The notes beneath the pieces are model-generated. The model searched no databases. It saw nothing but the letters and a program-made list of their open reading frames with translations, and was not told where the DNA came from. The position numbers and the translations under genes are program-made. A stretch of 32,000 nucleotides of DNA. It comes from Methanosphaera sp. (GTDB lineage Archaea > Methanobacteriota > Methanobacteria > Methanobacteriales > Methanobacteriaceae). Numbering within the stretch: position 1 is the stretch's first letter; the number at the start of each line of letters is the position of its first letter. The stretch is from NCBI GenBank assembly GCA_045639105.1, contig JAZUCJ010000022.1, forward strand, positions 46,032 to 78,031, written 5' to 3'. Shown here piece after piece: positions 1-10,273 of this stretch.

Positions 1-563
1 TTATTACAAACACCGGTAATTGCATCTAAAGAACCGTTTGGATTTCCATCATTAAAAGTTAAAACTATCTGATCATCATCATACAATTCTTCCAGATTAT
101 CCGTATAATATCTTCCTTCCTTATGTGCAATAGGTAAGTCTATTATGTCACCCTTCTTGTATAATTTAGTAAATGGTGTTCTTGTTGTTTTAACTTCAAG
201 TTTTTTACTTTTACAAATGAATTTAGCGTTTTCATTCTCGATAAATACTCCAGGCACCAAATCAATTTCACCAAGTATTTGAGCACCGTTACATATTCCG
301 AGAACAGGATTATTGTCTTTAGCAAAATCTTTTATTGCAGAAATAATCGGTGTAATACCGGCAATTGAACCTGCCCTTAAATAATCTCCGTATGAAAAAC
401 CGCCAGGTATAATCACTACATCCATCTTAGATAAATCACTTTCATTCCAGTAAATATAATTAGGGTTTGCACCAACCAAGTTAACTGCATATTCAATGTC
501 TCTATCACAGTTTGTACCTGGAAATCTAATAATACCTACATTAACATCAGATACATCTGTCAA
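1..563 (-). CDS. purQ: Phosphoribosylformylglycinamidine synthase I, glutaminase subunit (PurQ); C-terminus runs off the left edge
   Basis: Not in the supplied ORF track because it has no stop in the window. My minus-strand translation from 563 reads (TTG)[63 protein letters not shown]. The FPGxNCD N-terminus and the GxCNGxQ nucleophile elbow are typical of PurQ. It follows purC-purS on the same strand. Confidence 0.88.
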   Translation of the reverse strand, partial: MTDVSDVNVGIIRFPGTNCDRDIEYAVNLVGANPNYIYWNESDLSKMDVVIIPGGFSYGDYLRAGSIAGITPIISAIKDFAKDNNPVLGICNGAQILGEIDLVPGVFIENENAKFICKSKKLEVKTTRTPFTKLYKKGDIIDLPIAHKEGRYYTDNLEELYDDDQIVLTFNDGNPNGSLDAITGVCN

Positions 564-565
564 TC

Positions 566-814
566 TTATTCCTCACATACATTTATTTCATAATCATGAA
601 TAACAGGATTACATAATAATTTCTGACACATTTCATCAGCCTGTGCCAAAGCATCTTCCTTAGAATCAGCATTTAATGTAAATTGTATAATATTAATTGT
701 TTTAGTGTTACTTACTTCAAAATTAAGTAAAGATAAAGCTTTCTCTATTGTTGATGCTTCAGGGTTTAACATTCCTTTTTTTAAACTAGTTTTTACTTCA
801 ACATTATAATTCAT
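566..814 (-). CDS. purS: Phosphoribosylformylglycinamidine synthase subunit PurS
   Basis: 82-aa ORF with an ATG start. The core [18 protein letters not shown] resembles the PurS dPqG..i..aL..lGf motif. It lies between purC and purQ, and its stop is 2 nt before the purQ start. Confidence 0.85.
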   Translation of the reverse strand: MNYNVEVKTSLKKGMLNPEASTIEKALSLLNFEVSNTKTINIIQFTLNADSKEDALAQADEMCQKLLCNPVIHDYEINVCEE

Positions 815-838
815 AATTACGCCTTCCTACCATACTAA

Positions 839-1591
839 TTATATTTGTTCAACATTCCATTTTTCTTTTTCATCATCAGACAAGACTAAATTGACAACTT
901 TAAGATAAGCATCTACAACGCCTTCTTCACCTTTTCTGTAAATGTCCTTATCAAAGTTTTCAAGAGTTTCAGAATCCCATAATCTTGTAGTGTCAGGACT
1001 GATCTCATCACCCAAGATTATGTTACCATCACAATCCTTACCAAATTCCAGTTTGAAATCCACTAAAATTATTCCCCTTTCAATTAAGTAATCAGATAAT
1101 ATTTTATTAATGTTCAATGTTATTTCACGGATTTCGTCAAGTTCTTCTTGAGTAGCTATTCCTAATGCCTTGATAATACTGTCATTTAACATTGGATCAT
1201 GGTATTCATCATTTTTATAATCAAATTGTATTATTGGAGGTTTTAATTCTTGATTTGCTTCAAAAGGATATTTTTTCAATAAACTTCCTGTTGCAATGTT
1301 TCTACAAATTACTTCCAAAGGAATCATTTTCAGAGATTTTGTTCTCATTTCATCAGTAGATAACAATTCAATGTATTGTGTTGCCACACCGTTTTCTTCT
1401 AAAACTTTAAATAGTTTTGCAGAGATTAGAACATTACAATATCCCTTTTTGCTGAGAGTATCTTTTTTAGCTCCATCTCCTGCAGTAATGTCATCCCTAA
1501 ATTTAATGATTACTTCATTTTCATTTTCAGATTTGTAAATATCTTTAGCCTTACCTGCATAAAGTAATTCTCTATTAATGTCACTCATATT
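839..1591 (-). CDS. purC: Phosphoribosylaminoimidazole-succinocarboxamide (SAICAR) synthase
   Basis: The ORF track gives 839..1630. I prefer the internal ATG at 1591 (MSDINRELLYAGKAKDIY..) because SAICAR synthases start just before the LLYxGKAK motif. GDEISPDTTRLWD is also characteristic. Confidence 0.88.
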   Translation of the reverse strand, partial: NMSDINRELLYAGKAKDIYKSENENEVIIKFRDDITAGDGAKKDTLSKKGYCNVLISAKLFKVLEENGVATQYIELLSTDEMRTKSLKMIPLEVICRNIATGSLLKKYPFEANQELKPPIIQFDYKNDEYHDPMLNDSIIKALGIATQEELDEIREITLNINKILSDYLIERGIILVDFKLEFGKDCDGNIILGDEISPDTTRLWDSETLENFDKDIYRKGEEGVVDAYLKVVNLVLSDDEKEKWNVEQI

Positions 1592-1762
1592 ATAATTCCA
1601 CAAAATTTTTTTGAAAGATATAAAAAGCAATATTGATATCTTTTTTTTAGTTAATATTATCTTTGTAAATGATAAGTATTATAATATATGAATTAAATAA
1701 TATATAACAATACTATAAAAGAAAAGAAATATAAAACATGGATTTGACTAGGTGATTATATA

Positions 1763-3535
1763 ATGTGTGGAATTGTTGGATGTATATTAAATAAGGAAGT
1801 AGCACCCACTATAATAGAATCTATTAAAAAATTAGAGTATAGAGGCTATGATTCCGTCGGAATTGCTACTGTAACGGATAAGATAAATGTTAAGAAAGGT
1901 AGTGGAAAAATAAAAGAAGTAGATGATGAGATACATCTTAAGGAAATTGATGGAAAAGTCGGAATAGCACATGTAAGATGGGCAACACACGGAAATCCTA
2001 CAAAAGAAAATGCTCATCCTCATTGTAGTTGTGACAATAAAATCAGCGTCGTACACAATGGAATTATAGAAAACTACAAAGAATTACGTACCGAACTACA
2101 ACAAGAAGGACACATCTTCAAATCAGAAACTGATACGGAAATAATACCACACTTAATAGAAAAATATATGAATGAAGGCAACAGCTTACTTAAATCCACA
2201 CAACTTACAATAAACAGATTATCAGGTTCATATGCCTTAGCCGTTATCAGCACAGAAGAACCGGATAAAATAATTGGTGCCAGAAAAGAAAGTCCATTGA
2301 TAGTTGGGGTTTCAGATAAAGGTAATTACTTAGCATCGGATGTTCCGGCCATATTAAACGAAACCCGTCATGTAATTTACCTGGAAGATAATGAAATAAT
2401 CCAATTGGAAAAAGATAACGTTATCATCATGGACAAAGATTTGAACAAAATTGAAAAAGAGATTGTTGAAATAGATTGGGATCCGGAAATGGCTGAAAAA
2501 GGTGGATACGATCATTTCATGCTTAAGGAAATATTCGAAGAACCTCAAGTCATTAAAGATACCCTCTCCGAATCACCAAAAATCAAAGAAATCGTGAGCA
2601 AATTTAAGAATTTCAATAGAATATGCTTTGTAGCATGCGGAACCAGTTTCCATGCTTCCCTCATCGGTGAATATTTAATAGAAACACAGTTACATATACC
2701 TACAGAAGTAATCTTGGCAAGTGAATTTGAATATTTCCAAAACACTCTTGACGACCATACACTAGTAATATTCATAACACAATCCGGGGAAACAGCAGAT
2801 ACACTTAACGCATTGAAAGTTGCTCAAAAAGTGTCAGAAACACTGGCAATAGTCAATGTGGTTGGAAGTTCCATTACAAGAGAAGCAGACCATGTTATTT
2901 TCACAAGAGCCGGCCCGGAAATAGGTGTTGCAGCAACAAAAACATACATCAGCCAATTAATATGCATCTACCTACTGGTAGCACACCTTAGTGAAAATGA
3001 GGAACTTATTGAAAAACTGTTTTCAATATCCGAACTTGCTGAAGAATCATTAAAACGTGAAGATGACATTAAAAAAATTGCTAAAAAATATAAGGAAGCA
3101 AAAGATTTCTTCTATATAGGCAGAGGATTTAATTATCCTACCGCATTGGAAGGTGCATTGAAACTTAAGGAAATTACTTATATACATGCCGAAGGATATC
3201 CTGCAGGAGAACTGAAACACGGCCCTCTTGCTTTAATTGAAGACGGAATCCCTGTAGTGGGAATCCTGCCACCTGGCCCTAGTTATGCAAAAACATACAA
3301 TAACCTTGAAGAAATCAGGGCAAGGGGAGCTCACATGATTATCCTGGGTTCTGATGATGATAAACAAATCGATGAGGTTCATGATAAATTATTGTTTAAT
3401 CCAATAATTGATGAGTTAATAGCTCCTTTAATTTATATCATTGATTTACAACTATTATCCTACCATATAAGTGTAGAAAAAGAAATTGATCCTGATAAAC
3501 CAAAAAATTTAGCTAAATCCGTTACTGTTGTATAA
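1763..3535 (+). CDS. glmS: Glutamine--fructose-6-phosphate aminotransferase (isomerising)
   Basis: 590 aa with the N-terminal MCGIVG Ntn nucleophile. It has two SIS-type segments ([19 protein letters not shown]) and the C-terminal AKSVTV. AGGTGA lies 7 nt upstream of the ATG. Confidence 0.95.
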   Translation: MCGIVGCILNKEVAPTIIESIKKLEYRGYDSVGIATVTDKINVKKGSGKIKEVDDEIHLKEIDGKVGIAHVRWATHGNPTKENAHPHCSCDNKISVVHNGIIENYKELRTELQQEGHIFKSETDTEIIPHLIEKYMNEGNSLLKSTQLTINRLSGSYALAVISTEEPDKIIGARKESPLIVGVSDKGNYLASDVPAILNETRHVIYLEDNEIIQLEKDNVIIMDKDLNKIEKEIVEIDWDPEMAEKGGYDHFMLKEIFEEPQVIKDTLSESPKIKEIVSKFKNFNRICFVACGTSFHASLIGEYLIETQLHIPTEVILASEFEYFQNTLDDHTLVIFITQSGETADTLNALKVAQKVSETLAIVNVVGSSITREADHVIFTRAGPEIGVAATKTYISQLICIYLLVAHLSENEELIEKLFSISELAEESLKREDDIKKIAKKYKEAKDFFYIGRGFNYPTALEGALKLKEITYIHAEGYPAGELKHGPLALIEDGIPVVGILPPGPSYAKTYNNLEEIRARGAHMIILGSDDDKQIDEVHDKLLFNPIIDELIAPLIYIIDLQLLSYHISVEKEIDPDKPKNLAKSVTVV

Positions 3536-3555
3536 ACCAGTACTGCCGTGATATT

Positions 3556-3891
3556 ATGAAACAAAATTCATATGGTGGAATACTTGTTATTCTATTGGTG
3601 AGTCTATCTGCTTTGGGTTGTGGAGCATTTATGGGCAGTCATCATATTGGAGAAGACCTCAGTAAACAAGTAATCCCCACATCACTAATAACACCCGTTG
3701 ATGTTGTTAAAGTGATTGATGAAGATGGTTTTGAAGCAGCGAATATTACAATCAAGTTATATATTCCCAAACCTGTGACTAAGAAAAACAACACTTCAAA
3801 TACTACAAATTCATCCAATGTCACCATAAATATCACAAATTCATCAAAGTATAACCGGACAAATCACTCGAATTATTCGAGCAGATATTAG
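3556..3891 (+). CDS. Small exported protein or possible lipoprotein with an Asn-X-Ser/Thr-saturated C-terminal tail
   Basis: 111-aa ORF starting 20 nt after glmS. It has an N-terminal hydrophobic signal-like segment GGILVILLVSLSALGCG with a Cys. The tail is KKNNTSNTTNSSNVTINITNSSKYNRTNHSNYSSRY. I recognise no family. Confidence 0.5.
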   Translation: MKQNSYGGILVILLVSLSALGCGAFMGSHHIGEDLSKQVIPTSLITPVDVVKVIDEDGFEAANITIKLYIPKPVTKKNNTSNTTNSSNVTINITNSSKYNRTNHSNYSSRY

Positions 3892-3910
3892 TAACCTCCA
3901 CCCATTATTA

Positions 3911-3918
3911 TTTTTTTT
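3911..3918 (+). terminator. Oligo-T (T8) putative archaeal terminator after the glmS / small-ORF unit
   Basis: TTTTTTTT lies 20 nt after the stop codon at 3889-3891. Archaeal RNAP terminates at oligo-T tracts. Confidence 0.4.
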
Positions 3919-3934
3919 AAGGAATGAATGAAAA

Positions 3935-4411
3935 ATGTTTAAAACTGTTATTACTCCAAGTATTGCTGATACCGATGCCTTAAGACACATTAACAATACT
4001 GTCATACCACACTGGTTTGAAACTGCCAGAAGCGATTTATATGACATATTTAATCCAAGTCATGAACTTACCTATAAAAAATGGAACCTATTACTTGTTC
4101 ATATGGATTTTAATTTTATTAAACACGTATACTTTGGATATGATGTTGAAATCAGAACTTATGTCACCAAACTTTCAAAAAGTTCCATAACTCTTTCTCA
4201 GGAAGTGTGGCAGAATGGTCAACTGAGATTAAATGGAAACTGTGTGATGCTCTATTTTGATTATGTTAAGGGGGAGAGCAATTTAATTCCGGATAATATC
4301 AGGAATGAATTGATGAATCATTTAATATCTGCCAAAGAACTTGAAGAAAAAAATAGGTTAGAAATGAGGAATGTGGATGATGATGAAAAGGAGTTTATTG
4401 AATCGGAATAA
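3935..4411 (+). CDS. Hotdog-fold acyl-CoA thioesterase (4HBT/YbgC-like)
   Basis: 158 aa. The N-terminal ADTDALRHINNTVIPHWFETARSDLY matches the DxD..GHvnN..Y..yfe.Ar signature of the 4-hydroxybenzoyl-CoA thioesterase family. Confidence 0.7.
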   Translation: MFKTVITPSIADTDALRHINNTVIPHWFETARSDLYDIFNPSHELTYKKWNLLLVHMDFNFIKHVYFGYDVEIRTYVTKLSKSSITLSQEVWQNGQLRLNGNCVMLYFDYVKGESNLIPDNIRNELMNHLISAKELEEKNRLEMRNVDDDEKEFIESE

Positions 4412-5554
4412 TTACATCTGATTTCCCATTATGAAATTCATTATGTCTTCAGGGGATGATCTGTTAACAATTGATAAATATGGGTCATCAGATTTACGTT
4501 TAATTATTAAAATATCTGATACGTTTCCTTCTTTTATGCTTATATCTTTTCCCAATATTTTAAATCCGTTTATTGTAGCCATCTTTAATATGTCATATGC
4601 AGTAATCTTATTCTTGTAGGAAGCACGAACTGCCTTGAGGGTGTATTCCATTTCCCTAAACATATCCGGTTGATTAAACATTACATTATCAGTTCCCAGA
4701 GCCACATCAATATCGTTTTCCACATAGGCACTTACAGGTGGAATTCCTACTGATAACATTCCATTTGAACGTGGACATGCAACGACAACGGGACTTGTTG
4801 CTTCCATTAATTCCAGGTCCTGGAGTATTGGACAGGTTGCATGTACCATTGTTGTAAAACCTGCCTTCAATGCCCGTTCTATTTCTGTTTGGTTTGTTAA
4901 TTGCACCGATTTTTCCTGTAGTTCATAATATTCTGCCACGTGGATAACTGCTAATTTATCCTCCTGATTACAGACTTCTGCTATTTGAAGCATTATTTCG
5001 GAATCAACGTCCTGAACTCCACTTAATCCTATTCCATCACAATGTTGGAGTAATTCTCTTGTTATTAATCTTGCTTCTTCGGGTGTTGTTGATGGATCAT
5101 AGTATTTATCACTTCTTCCAAGAATACATGCATTTATTGGTAAGTCATATATTGCCTGTTTTAGCAAATTTATTCCCCTGATACCTCCTTCCCTGAAGTC
5201 GATGAATGTGCTTGTTCCGGAGTATAACATTTCTTTTGCAGTTTCGTGCATTGCCTCTATTATTTCTGCATCTGATGCCTTTGATAATATTTGATGTTTT
5301 AATCCATTTGGTGGTTCAACTAATTCTTTTATTGATAAACCATCTCCTACATCCCTTGATATAGAGTCACCAATATGAATATGTGCATTTATGAATGCAG
5401 GTAATACTATGCAGCCTGTAGCATCAATTATTTCACCACTTTCATCATTAGGTGACAGTTTAATTATACGTCCTTCATCATTTATTATAACATTTGTTTC
5501 CACTGCTTTTAAGGTATGTCCGGTTAAGACCAAACCATTTTTAATAGTTATCAT
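4412..5554 (-). CDS. Metal-dependent amidohydrolase (ATZ/TRZ / nucleoside-deaminase-like subfamily)
   Basis: 380 aa. The metal-ligand pattern is HxH (FINAHIHIGDS), HVAE, MVHAT and GTDN, in the order expected for amidohydrolase-superfamily deaminases. The substrate cannot be assigned from sequence alone. Confidence 0.75.
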   Translation of the reverse strand: MITIKNGLVLTGHTLKAVETNVIINDEGRIIKLSPNDESGEIIDATGCIVLPAFINAHIHIGDSISRDVGDGLSIKELVEPPNGLKHQILSKASDAEIIEAMHETAKEMLYSGTSTFIDFREGGIRGINLLKQAIYDLPINACILGRSDKYYDPSTTPEEARLITRELLQHCDGIGLSGVQDVDSEIMLQIAEVCNQEDKLAVIHVAEYYELQEKSVQLTNQTEIERALKAGFTTMVHATCPILQDLELMEATSPVVVACPRSNGMLSVGIPPVSAYVENDIDVALGTDNVMFNQPDMFREMEYTLKAVRASYKNKITAYDILKMATINGFKILGKDISIKEGNVSDILIIKRKSDDPYLSIVNRSSPEDIMNFIMGNQM

Positions 5555-5607
5555 GAATAAATCATCTCAAAAAAAGTTTTAAAAAGGGAGGTTAATTATT
5601 AGAAAAG

Positions 5608-8600
5608 CTATTCTGCATATTCATTTAAAGATTTTACTGTTAATTCACCATTACTTGCTTCTTCAATAGCTTTTAAAACCGCATTTGCTGCAGCAATGGT
5701 TGTTACATATGGAATACCTAATTCCACAGCCAGTCTTCTAATAATGTATCCGTCATCAGCAGATTGTTTACCGCTAGGAGTATTGATTAAGAATGCGACT
5801 TCCCCATTAAGCATTGCATCCCTGATATTTGGAGAACCTTGACTTACCTTCCTAATAATATCCATATTCACGTCTTCTGCTGCTTCGGCAGTACCTTTTG
5901 TTGCAATTAAATCAAAACCTAATTCTTTAGCTTTTTTAGCTATAGGTGCAATTTTCGGTTTATCCAAGTCACGTACACTGATGAATATTTTACCTTCAGT
6001 AGGTAAGTTATTGCTTGCAGATAACTGTGATTTATAGTATGCTAAACCAAAGTTTTTGTCAATACCCATTGTTTCTCCAGTAGATTTCATTTCAGGACCT
6101 AAAACGGAATCTGAATCCGGAATCTTAAGGAATGGGAATACTGATTCTTTAACTGCCACGTGTTTAATGTCAGCGTAATTTACTAAGTCAAAGTCTGAAA
6201 GTTTTGCTCCCAACATGATTTTTGATGCAATTTTTGCTATTGGAATTCCTATTGCTTTACTTACAAATGGAACTGTACGACTTGCCCTTGGATTTGCTTC
6301 AATAATGTATAATTTTGGTTCAGGATCCATTTTAATAGCATATTGTATGTTGATTAAACCGATTACGCCCAATTTCAATGCCAGTTTTCTGGTGTATTCT
6401 TCCACTTGTGTAATTATCTCTTCTGATACAGATTGTGGTGGAATTACACATGCTGAGTCACCAGAGTGAATACCTGCTTCTTCAATGTGTTCCATTATTC
6501 CACATACGTATACATCTTCACCATCACACAATGCATCCACATCCAATTCTATGGAATCTTCCAGGAATTTGTCCACAAGAATTGGGTGTTCTTTGGATAC
6601 TTTTACGGCTTCCTTCATATATTCTTCCAATTCGTTGTCATCATATACAATTTCCATTGCACGTCCACCAAGTACGTATGATGGTCTGACCAGTACTGGG
6701 AAACCTATGGAATGTGCTGCATCTCTTGCTTCGTCGTATGAATTTGCTATTCCATAATCTGCTTGTGGAATGCCTAGCTCATTAAGTACTTCGGTGAATT
6801 GTTCCCTGTCTTCTACCATGTCAATGCTTTCAAATGGAGTTCCGAGTATTTTTATTCCAGCATCGTTAAGGCTTTCGGCCAAGTTAATGGATGTTTGTCC
6901 ACCAAACTGAACAATTACTCCATCAGGTTGTTCCTTTTCTAATACTGCTAACACATCTTCTTTTGTTAATGGTTCGAAGTATAATCTGTCTGAAATGTCA
7001 TAATCAGTACTTACTGTTTCGGGGTTATTGTTTATAAGTATTGTTTCAACATTTTCATCTTTTAAGGCTAATGCTGCATGAACACAGCAGTAATCAAATT
7101 CAATTCCCTGACCAATCCTAATAGGTCCTGCACCGAGAACTGCAATTTTCTTATTGTCTGATGCTTTCATGTGTGATGGAGAATCGTATGTTCCATAGTA
7201 GTATGGTGTTTTTGCTTCAAATTCCGCTGCACATGTATCCACCATCTTATATTCTGGTGTAAGATTTATTTCGTGACGTGCTTTTGAAACTTCATCTTCT
7301 GTTAAATCCAATAATTCACCTAAACGTTTGTCGGAAAAACCGTATTGCTTTATTTTTCTGAACATTTTTTCGTCGTTAAGAATATCTGCACCGGTTTCTT
7401 GTATTTGGTTTTCACAGTCCACGATACTTTTTATTTTGTTTAGGAAGAATGGGCTGATTTTTGTTATATCTGCTAATTCTTGGATGTCTCTTCCATCTTT
7501 GATTGCTGAGTAAATGTGGAATAATCTTTGATCTGTTGCATGTTCCAGGTTATAGTCTGTGTATTCTGTATATTCAAATGCTTCCTGATCAATATCTAAA
7601 GAACGTATAGCTTTTTGTAAGGATTCTTCAATTGTTCTACCGATGGACATTACTTCACCGGTTGATTGCATTTGTACACCCAATTCACCGGAACTGGTTT
7701 TGAATTTGTCAAATGGCCATCTAGGAACTTTGGCAATTACATAATCTACTGCCGGTTCAAATGATGCAGGAGTTTCCTTGGTGATGTCATTTCTAATTTC
7801 GTCTAAAGTCATACCTAATGCAATTTTGGAGGATACTTTTGCAATGGAATAACCTGTTGCCTTACTTGCCAATGCACTACTTCTACTTACCCTAGGGTTT
7901 ACTTCAATTACCTTATATTCCCTGGTTTCCGGATGTAGAGCAAATTGTATGTTACATCCACCCTGAATACCCAGTGCTTTGATAATTTTTATTGATGCGT
8001 TTCTTAGCTTTTGGTTATCTTCATCGGATAATGTTTGTGTTGGTGCTACTACAATACTTTCTCCGGTGTGTATTCCCATAGCGTCCACGTTTTCCATGTT
8101 ACAAACAATGATACATGAATCGTTTTTATCACGCATTACTTCGTATTCAATTTCTTGCCATCCAAGTACTGATTCATCTATTAATACCTGGTCATTGAAA
8201 CTCATATCCAATCCGTGAATAACGATTTCTTCAAATTCTTTCTTATTGTTTGCAATACCTCCACCAGTACCTCCAAGGGTAAATCCAGGTCTTACTATTA
8301 CAGGAAAACCAATGTCTTCAACTGCTTTGAAAGCTTCTTCTAATGAGTTTACTGCATGACATTTAGGTATAGGTTCATCTAATCTGTCCATAAATTCTGC
8401 AAACAAATCTCTGTCTTCTACGTCCTTAATTGTTTGAATTGGTGACCCTAATACTTTTATTCCATCAAGTACGCCCATTTTATCCAAGTCTACGGCAATG
8501 TTTAAACCTGTTTGTCCACCCATGGTAGGTAATATTGCATCTACTTTTTCCTTTTCTATGATTTTTGCAACTATTTCTGCCGTTAATGGTTCAACGTATA

Positions 8601-8790
8601 CTTTATCTGCTGAATCAATATCAGTTTGTATTGTTGCTGGGTTACTGTTTACAAGTACTGTTTCAATATTTTCTTCACGTAAAGATTTACATGCTTGTGA
8701 ACCTGAATAATCAAACTCTGCTGCTTGTCCAATTTGTATAGGTCCTGATCCGATAATTAATACTTTTTTAATACTTTCATCCTTTGGCAT
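5608..8790 (-). CDS. carB: Carbamoyl-phosphate synthase large subunit
   Basis: 1060 aa with duplicated ATP-grasp halves (IGQAAEFDYSGSQA and IGQGIEFDYCCVHA; EVNPRVSRSSALASKATG and EANPRASRTVPFVSKAIG). It has a C-terminal MGS-like domain and lies directly downstream of carA. Confidence 0.97.
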   Translation of the reverse strand: MPKDESIKKVLIIGSGPIQIGQAAEFDYSGSQACKSLREENIETVLVNSNPATIQTDIDSADKVYVEPLTAEIVAKIIEKEKVDAILPTMGGQTGLNIAVDLDKMGVLDGIKVLGSPIQTIKDVEDRDLFAEFMDRLDEPIPKCHAVNSLEEAFKAVEDIGFPVIVRPGFTLGGTGGGIANNKKEFEEIVIHGLDMSFNDQVLIDESVLGWQEIEYEVMRDKNDSCIIVCNMENVDAMGIHTGESIVVAPTQTLSDEDNQKLRNASIKIIKALGIQGGCNIQFALHPETREYKVIEVNPRVSRSSALASKATGYSIAKVSSKIALGMTLDEIRNDITKETPASFEPAVDYVIAKVPRWPFDKFKTSSGELGVQMQSTGEVMSIGRTIEESLQKAIRSLDIDQEAFEYTEYTDYNLEHATDQRLFHIYSAIKDGRDIQELADITKISPFFLNKIKSIVDCENQIQETGADILNDEKMFRKIKQYGFSDKRLGELLDLTEDEVSKARHEINLTPEYKMVDTCAAEFEAKTPYYYGTYDSPSHMKASDNKKIAVLGAGPIRIGQGIEFDYCCVHAALALKDENVETILINNNPETVSTDYDISDRLYFEPLTKEDVLAVLEKEQPDGVIVQFGGQTSINLAESLNDAGIKILGTPFESIDMVEDREQFTEVLNELGIPQADYGIANSYDEARDAAHSIGFPVLVRPSYVLGGRAMEIVYDDNELEEYMKEAVKVSKEHPILVDKFLEDSIELDVDALCDGEDVYVCGIMEHIEEAGIHSGDSACVIPPQSVSEEIITQVEEYTRKLALKLGVIGLINIQYAIKMDPEPKLYIIEANPRASRTVPFVSKAIGIPIAKIASKIMLGAKLSDFDLVNYADIKHVAVKESVFPFLKIPDSDSVLGPEMKSTGETMGIDKNFGLAYYKSQLSASNNLPTEGKIFISVRDLDKPKIAPIAKKAKELGFDLIATKGTAEAAEDVNMDIIRKVSQGSPNIRDAMLNGEVAFLINTPSGKQSADDGYIIRRLAVELGIPYVTTIAAANAVLKAIEEASNGELTVKSLNEYAE

Positions 8791-8815
8791 TTTTTTAACT
8801 CCTCAAAAAATAGTT

Positions 8816-9913
8816 TTAATTATTATTCCCCTTTGATTCTTTAATTGTGTTTACAAAATTGTCAAAGAATACTTTAGAATCATGTGGTCCCGGTCCTGCT
8901 TCTGGGTGGTATTGAATGCAGGAAATAGGTAAATTTTTATGTTTTATAGCTTCTGGTGTACCATCATTCAAATTGATTTGTGTAATTTCCAAATCTGTTT
9001 CACCGATACTGTTTTCATCGATTGAAAAACTGTGGTTTTGTGATGTCATGTACACTCTTCCAGTTTGTAAATCCTGTACTGGCTGATTTGAACCTCTGTG
9101 TCCAAATTTCATTTTATATATTTTAGCACCAAAAGCTAATGCTATAATCTGTTGACCTAAACAAATTCCTGCAATAGGCATTTTTTGTGCCAATTCTCTA
9201 ATGGTATCCTGTATTTTTTCAACGTTTTCCGGATTTCCAGGTCCACTTGATACCAATACTCCGTCAACATCCAAATCAAATATCTCTTCTGCACTTGTTG
9301 TTGCCGGCACTAATGTAACTCCAACATCTTGTGCTATTAAATGGTCGGTGATATTCTTTTTAACACCACAATCCAATACTGCCACATTATATTCTTTTCT
9401 TTCCCGAATAACTTTTGGTTGTTTTACAGTAACCTTTTCAACAAGATTCATATCTTCAATACGTGGCTGTTCTTCCAATATTTTAAGTAATTCTTCATCA
9501 CTAACATCAGTATTAGCAACAACTGCTTTCATTGACCCTAATTCTCGGATTTTTAAGGTTAATGCTCTTGTATCAATGCCACTGATTCCTGGAACATCGT
9601 TTTCTTCTAAAAATTCCGGTAATGATTTTTCAGATTTTGGGTGACATGGTTCGTTACAAACTTGTCTTACAACGTATGCTTCAGCTTTAATACCTTCTGA
9701 TTGATACCAGTCAGAGGATACTCCATAATTTCCTTCTAAGGGATATGTTGACATTAAAATCTGACCCTTGAAAGACGGATCGGTTAATGCTGCAACATAT
9801 CCTGTCATTGATGTTGAAAATACAATTTCTCCGGCTTTAATTGTTTCTGCTCCGAAACCTTCGCCCTCTAAAATTGTACCATCTTCCAACGCTAATTTTG
9901 CAGTTCTTATCAT
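8816..9913 (-). CDS. carA: Carbamoyl-phosphate synthase small (glutaminase) subunit
   Basis: 365 aa with the GICLGQQ nucleophile elbow and HPE at the C-terminal end (IQYHPEAGPGPHD). It lies 25 nt upstream of carB, and a GGGG-containing SD precedes the ATG. Confidence 0.95.
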   Translation of the reverse strand: MIRTAKLALEDGTILEGEGFGAETIKAGEIVFSTSMTGYVAALTDPSFKGQILMSTYPLEGNYGVSSDWYQSEGIKAEAYVVRQVCNEPCHPKSEKSLPEFLEENDVPGISGIDTRALTLKIRELGSMKAVVANTDVSDEELLKILEEQPRIEDMNLVEKVTVKQPKVIRERKEYNVAVLDCGVKKNITDHLIAQDVGVTLVPATTSAEEIFDLDVDGVLVSSGPGNPENVEKIQDTIRELAQKMPIAGICLGQQIIALAFGAKIYKMKFGHRGSNQPVQDLQTGRVYMTSQNHSFSIDENSIGETDLEITQINLNDGTPEAIKHKNLPISCIQYHPEAGPGPHDSKVFFDNFVNTIKESKGNNN

Positions 9914-10273
9914 CTTTTAACCCCGATTAATTTTAAATAAGATACTGTTTATAATGTATCTGCATCATTTTATCATTTTATATACAAATGAACTAAATAA
10001 AATGTTTAAAAAAAATATTTTACATAATACGGCCAAATAGAATTTTATTCTTAAAAAAAAAATCAAAATAATCAATAACAGTAGTATAAAGTTATAATCA
10101 TTATTAAATTAATTAATAAAAATTAATATGAATTTTTTTAAATAATTAAACGGTTATTTAACTATATTATAAAACATTATTCTAAAAATTATTACTTGTC
10201 CATTCCTAATATTTATATATTGAACTTAATAGTAAAAAAAAGTTACGGAAAAATATGGCCGTTAAGAAAAAAA

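Noticed and set aside
143-325. 60-aa minus-strand ORF listed in the track
   Set aside because: It is an alternative frame inside purQ. The PurQ frame carries the conserved GATase motifs.
1592-1630. N-terminal extensions offered by the ORF track for purC (to 1630), the GNAT gene (to 10756), mbf1 (GTG 16399) and the 422-aa protein (TTG 18615)
   Set aside because: Family N-termini and SD placement favour the internal ATGs. The extensions add hydrophobic or low-complexity residues not seen in these families.
3867-3881. Perfect 6-bp hairpin CTCGAA-TTA-TTCGAG at the 3' end of the small ORF, as a bacterial-type intrinsic terminator
   Set aside because: The T8 tract is 30 nt further downstream rather than adjacent. 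Archaeal termination needs only the oligo-T, so the hairpin is probably incidental.
6215-6757. Cluster of 71-90 aa plus-strand ORFs inside carB, with similar antisense ORFs at 9201-9644 (carA), 12863-13330 (ATPase), 21046-21381 and 25980-26450
   Set aside because: All lie fully within strongly supported genes on the other strand. They lack family resemblance and have compositionally skewed translations.
9914-10273. Unusually long (360 bp) gap upstream of carA, examined for an ncRNA or leader
   Set aside because: I found only a weak 5-bp inverted repeat (GATAC..GTATC, 9941-9960), no box motifs and no conserved-looking structure. I treat it as promoter or spacer DNA.
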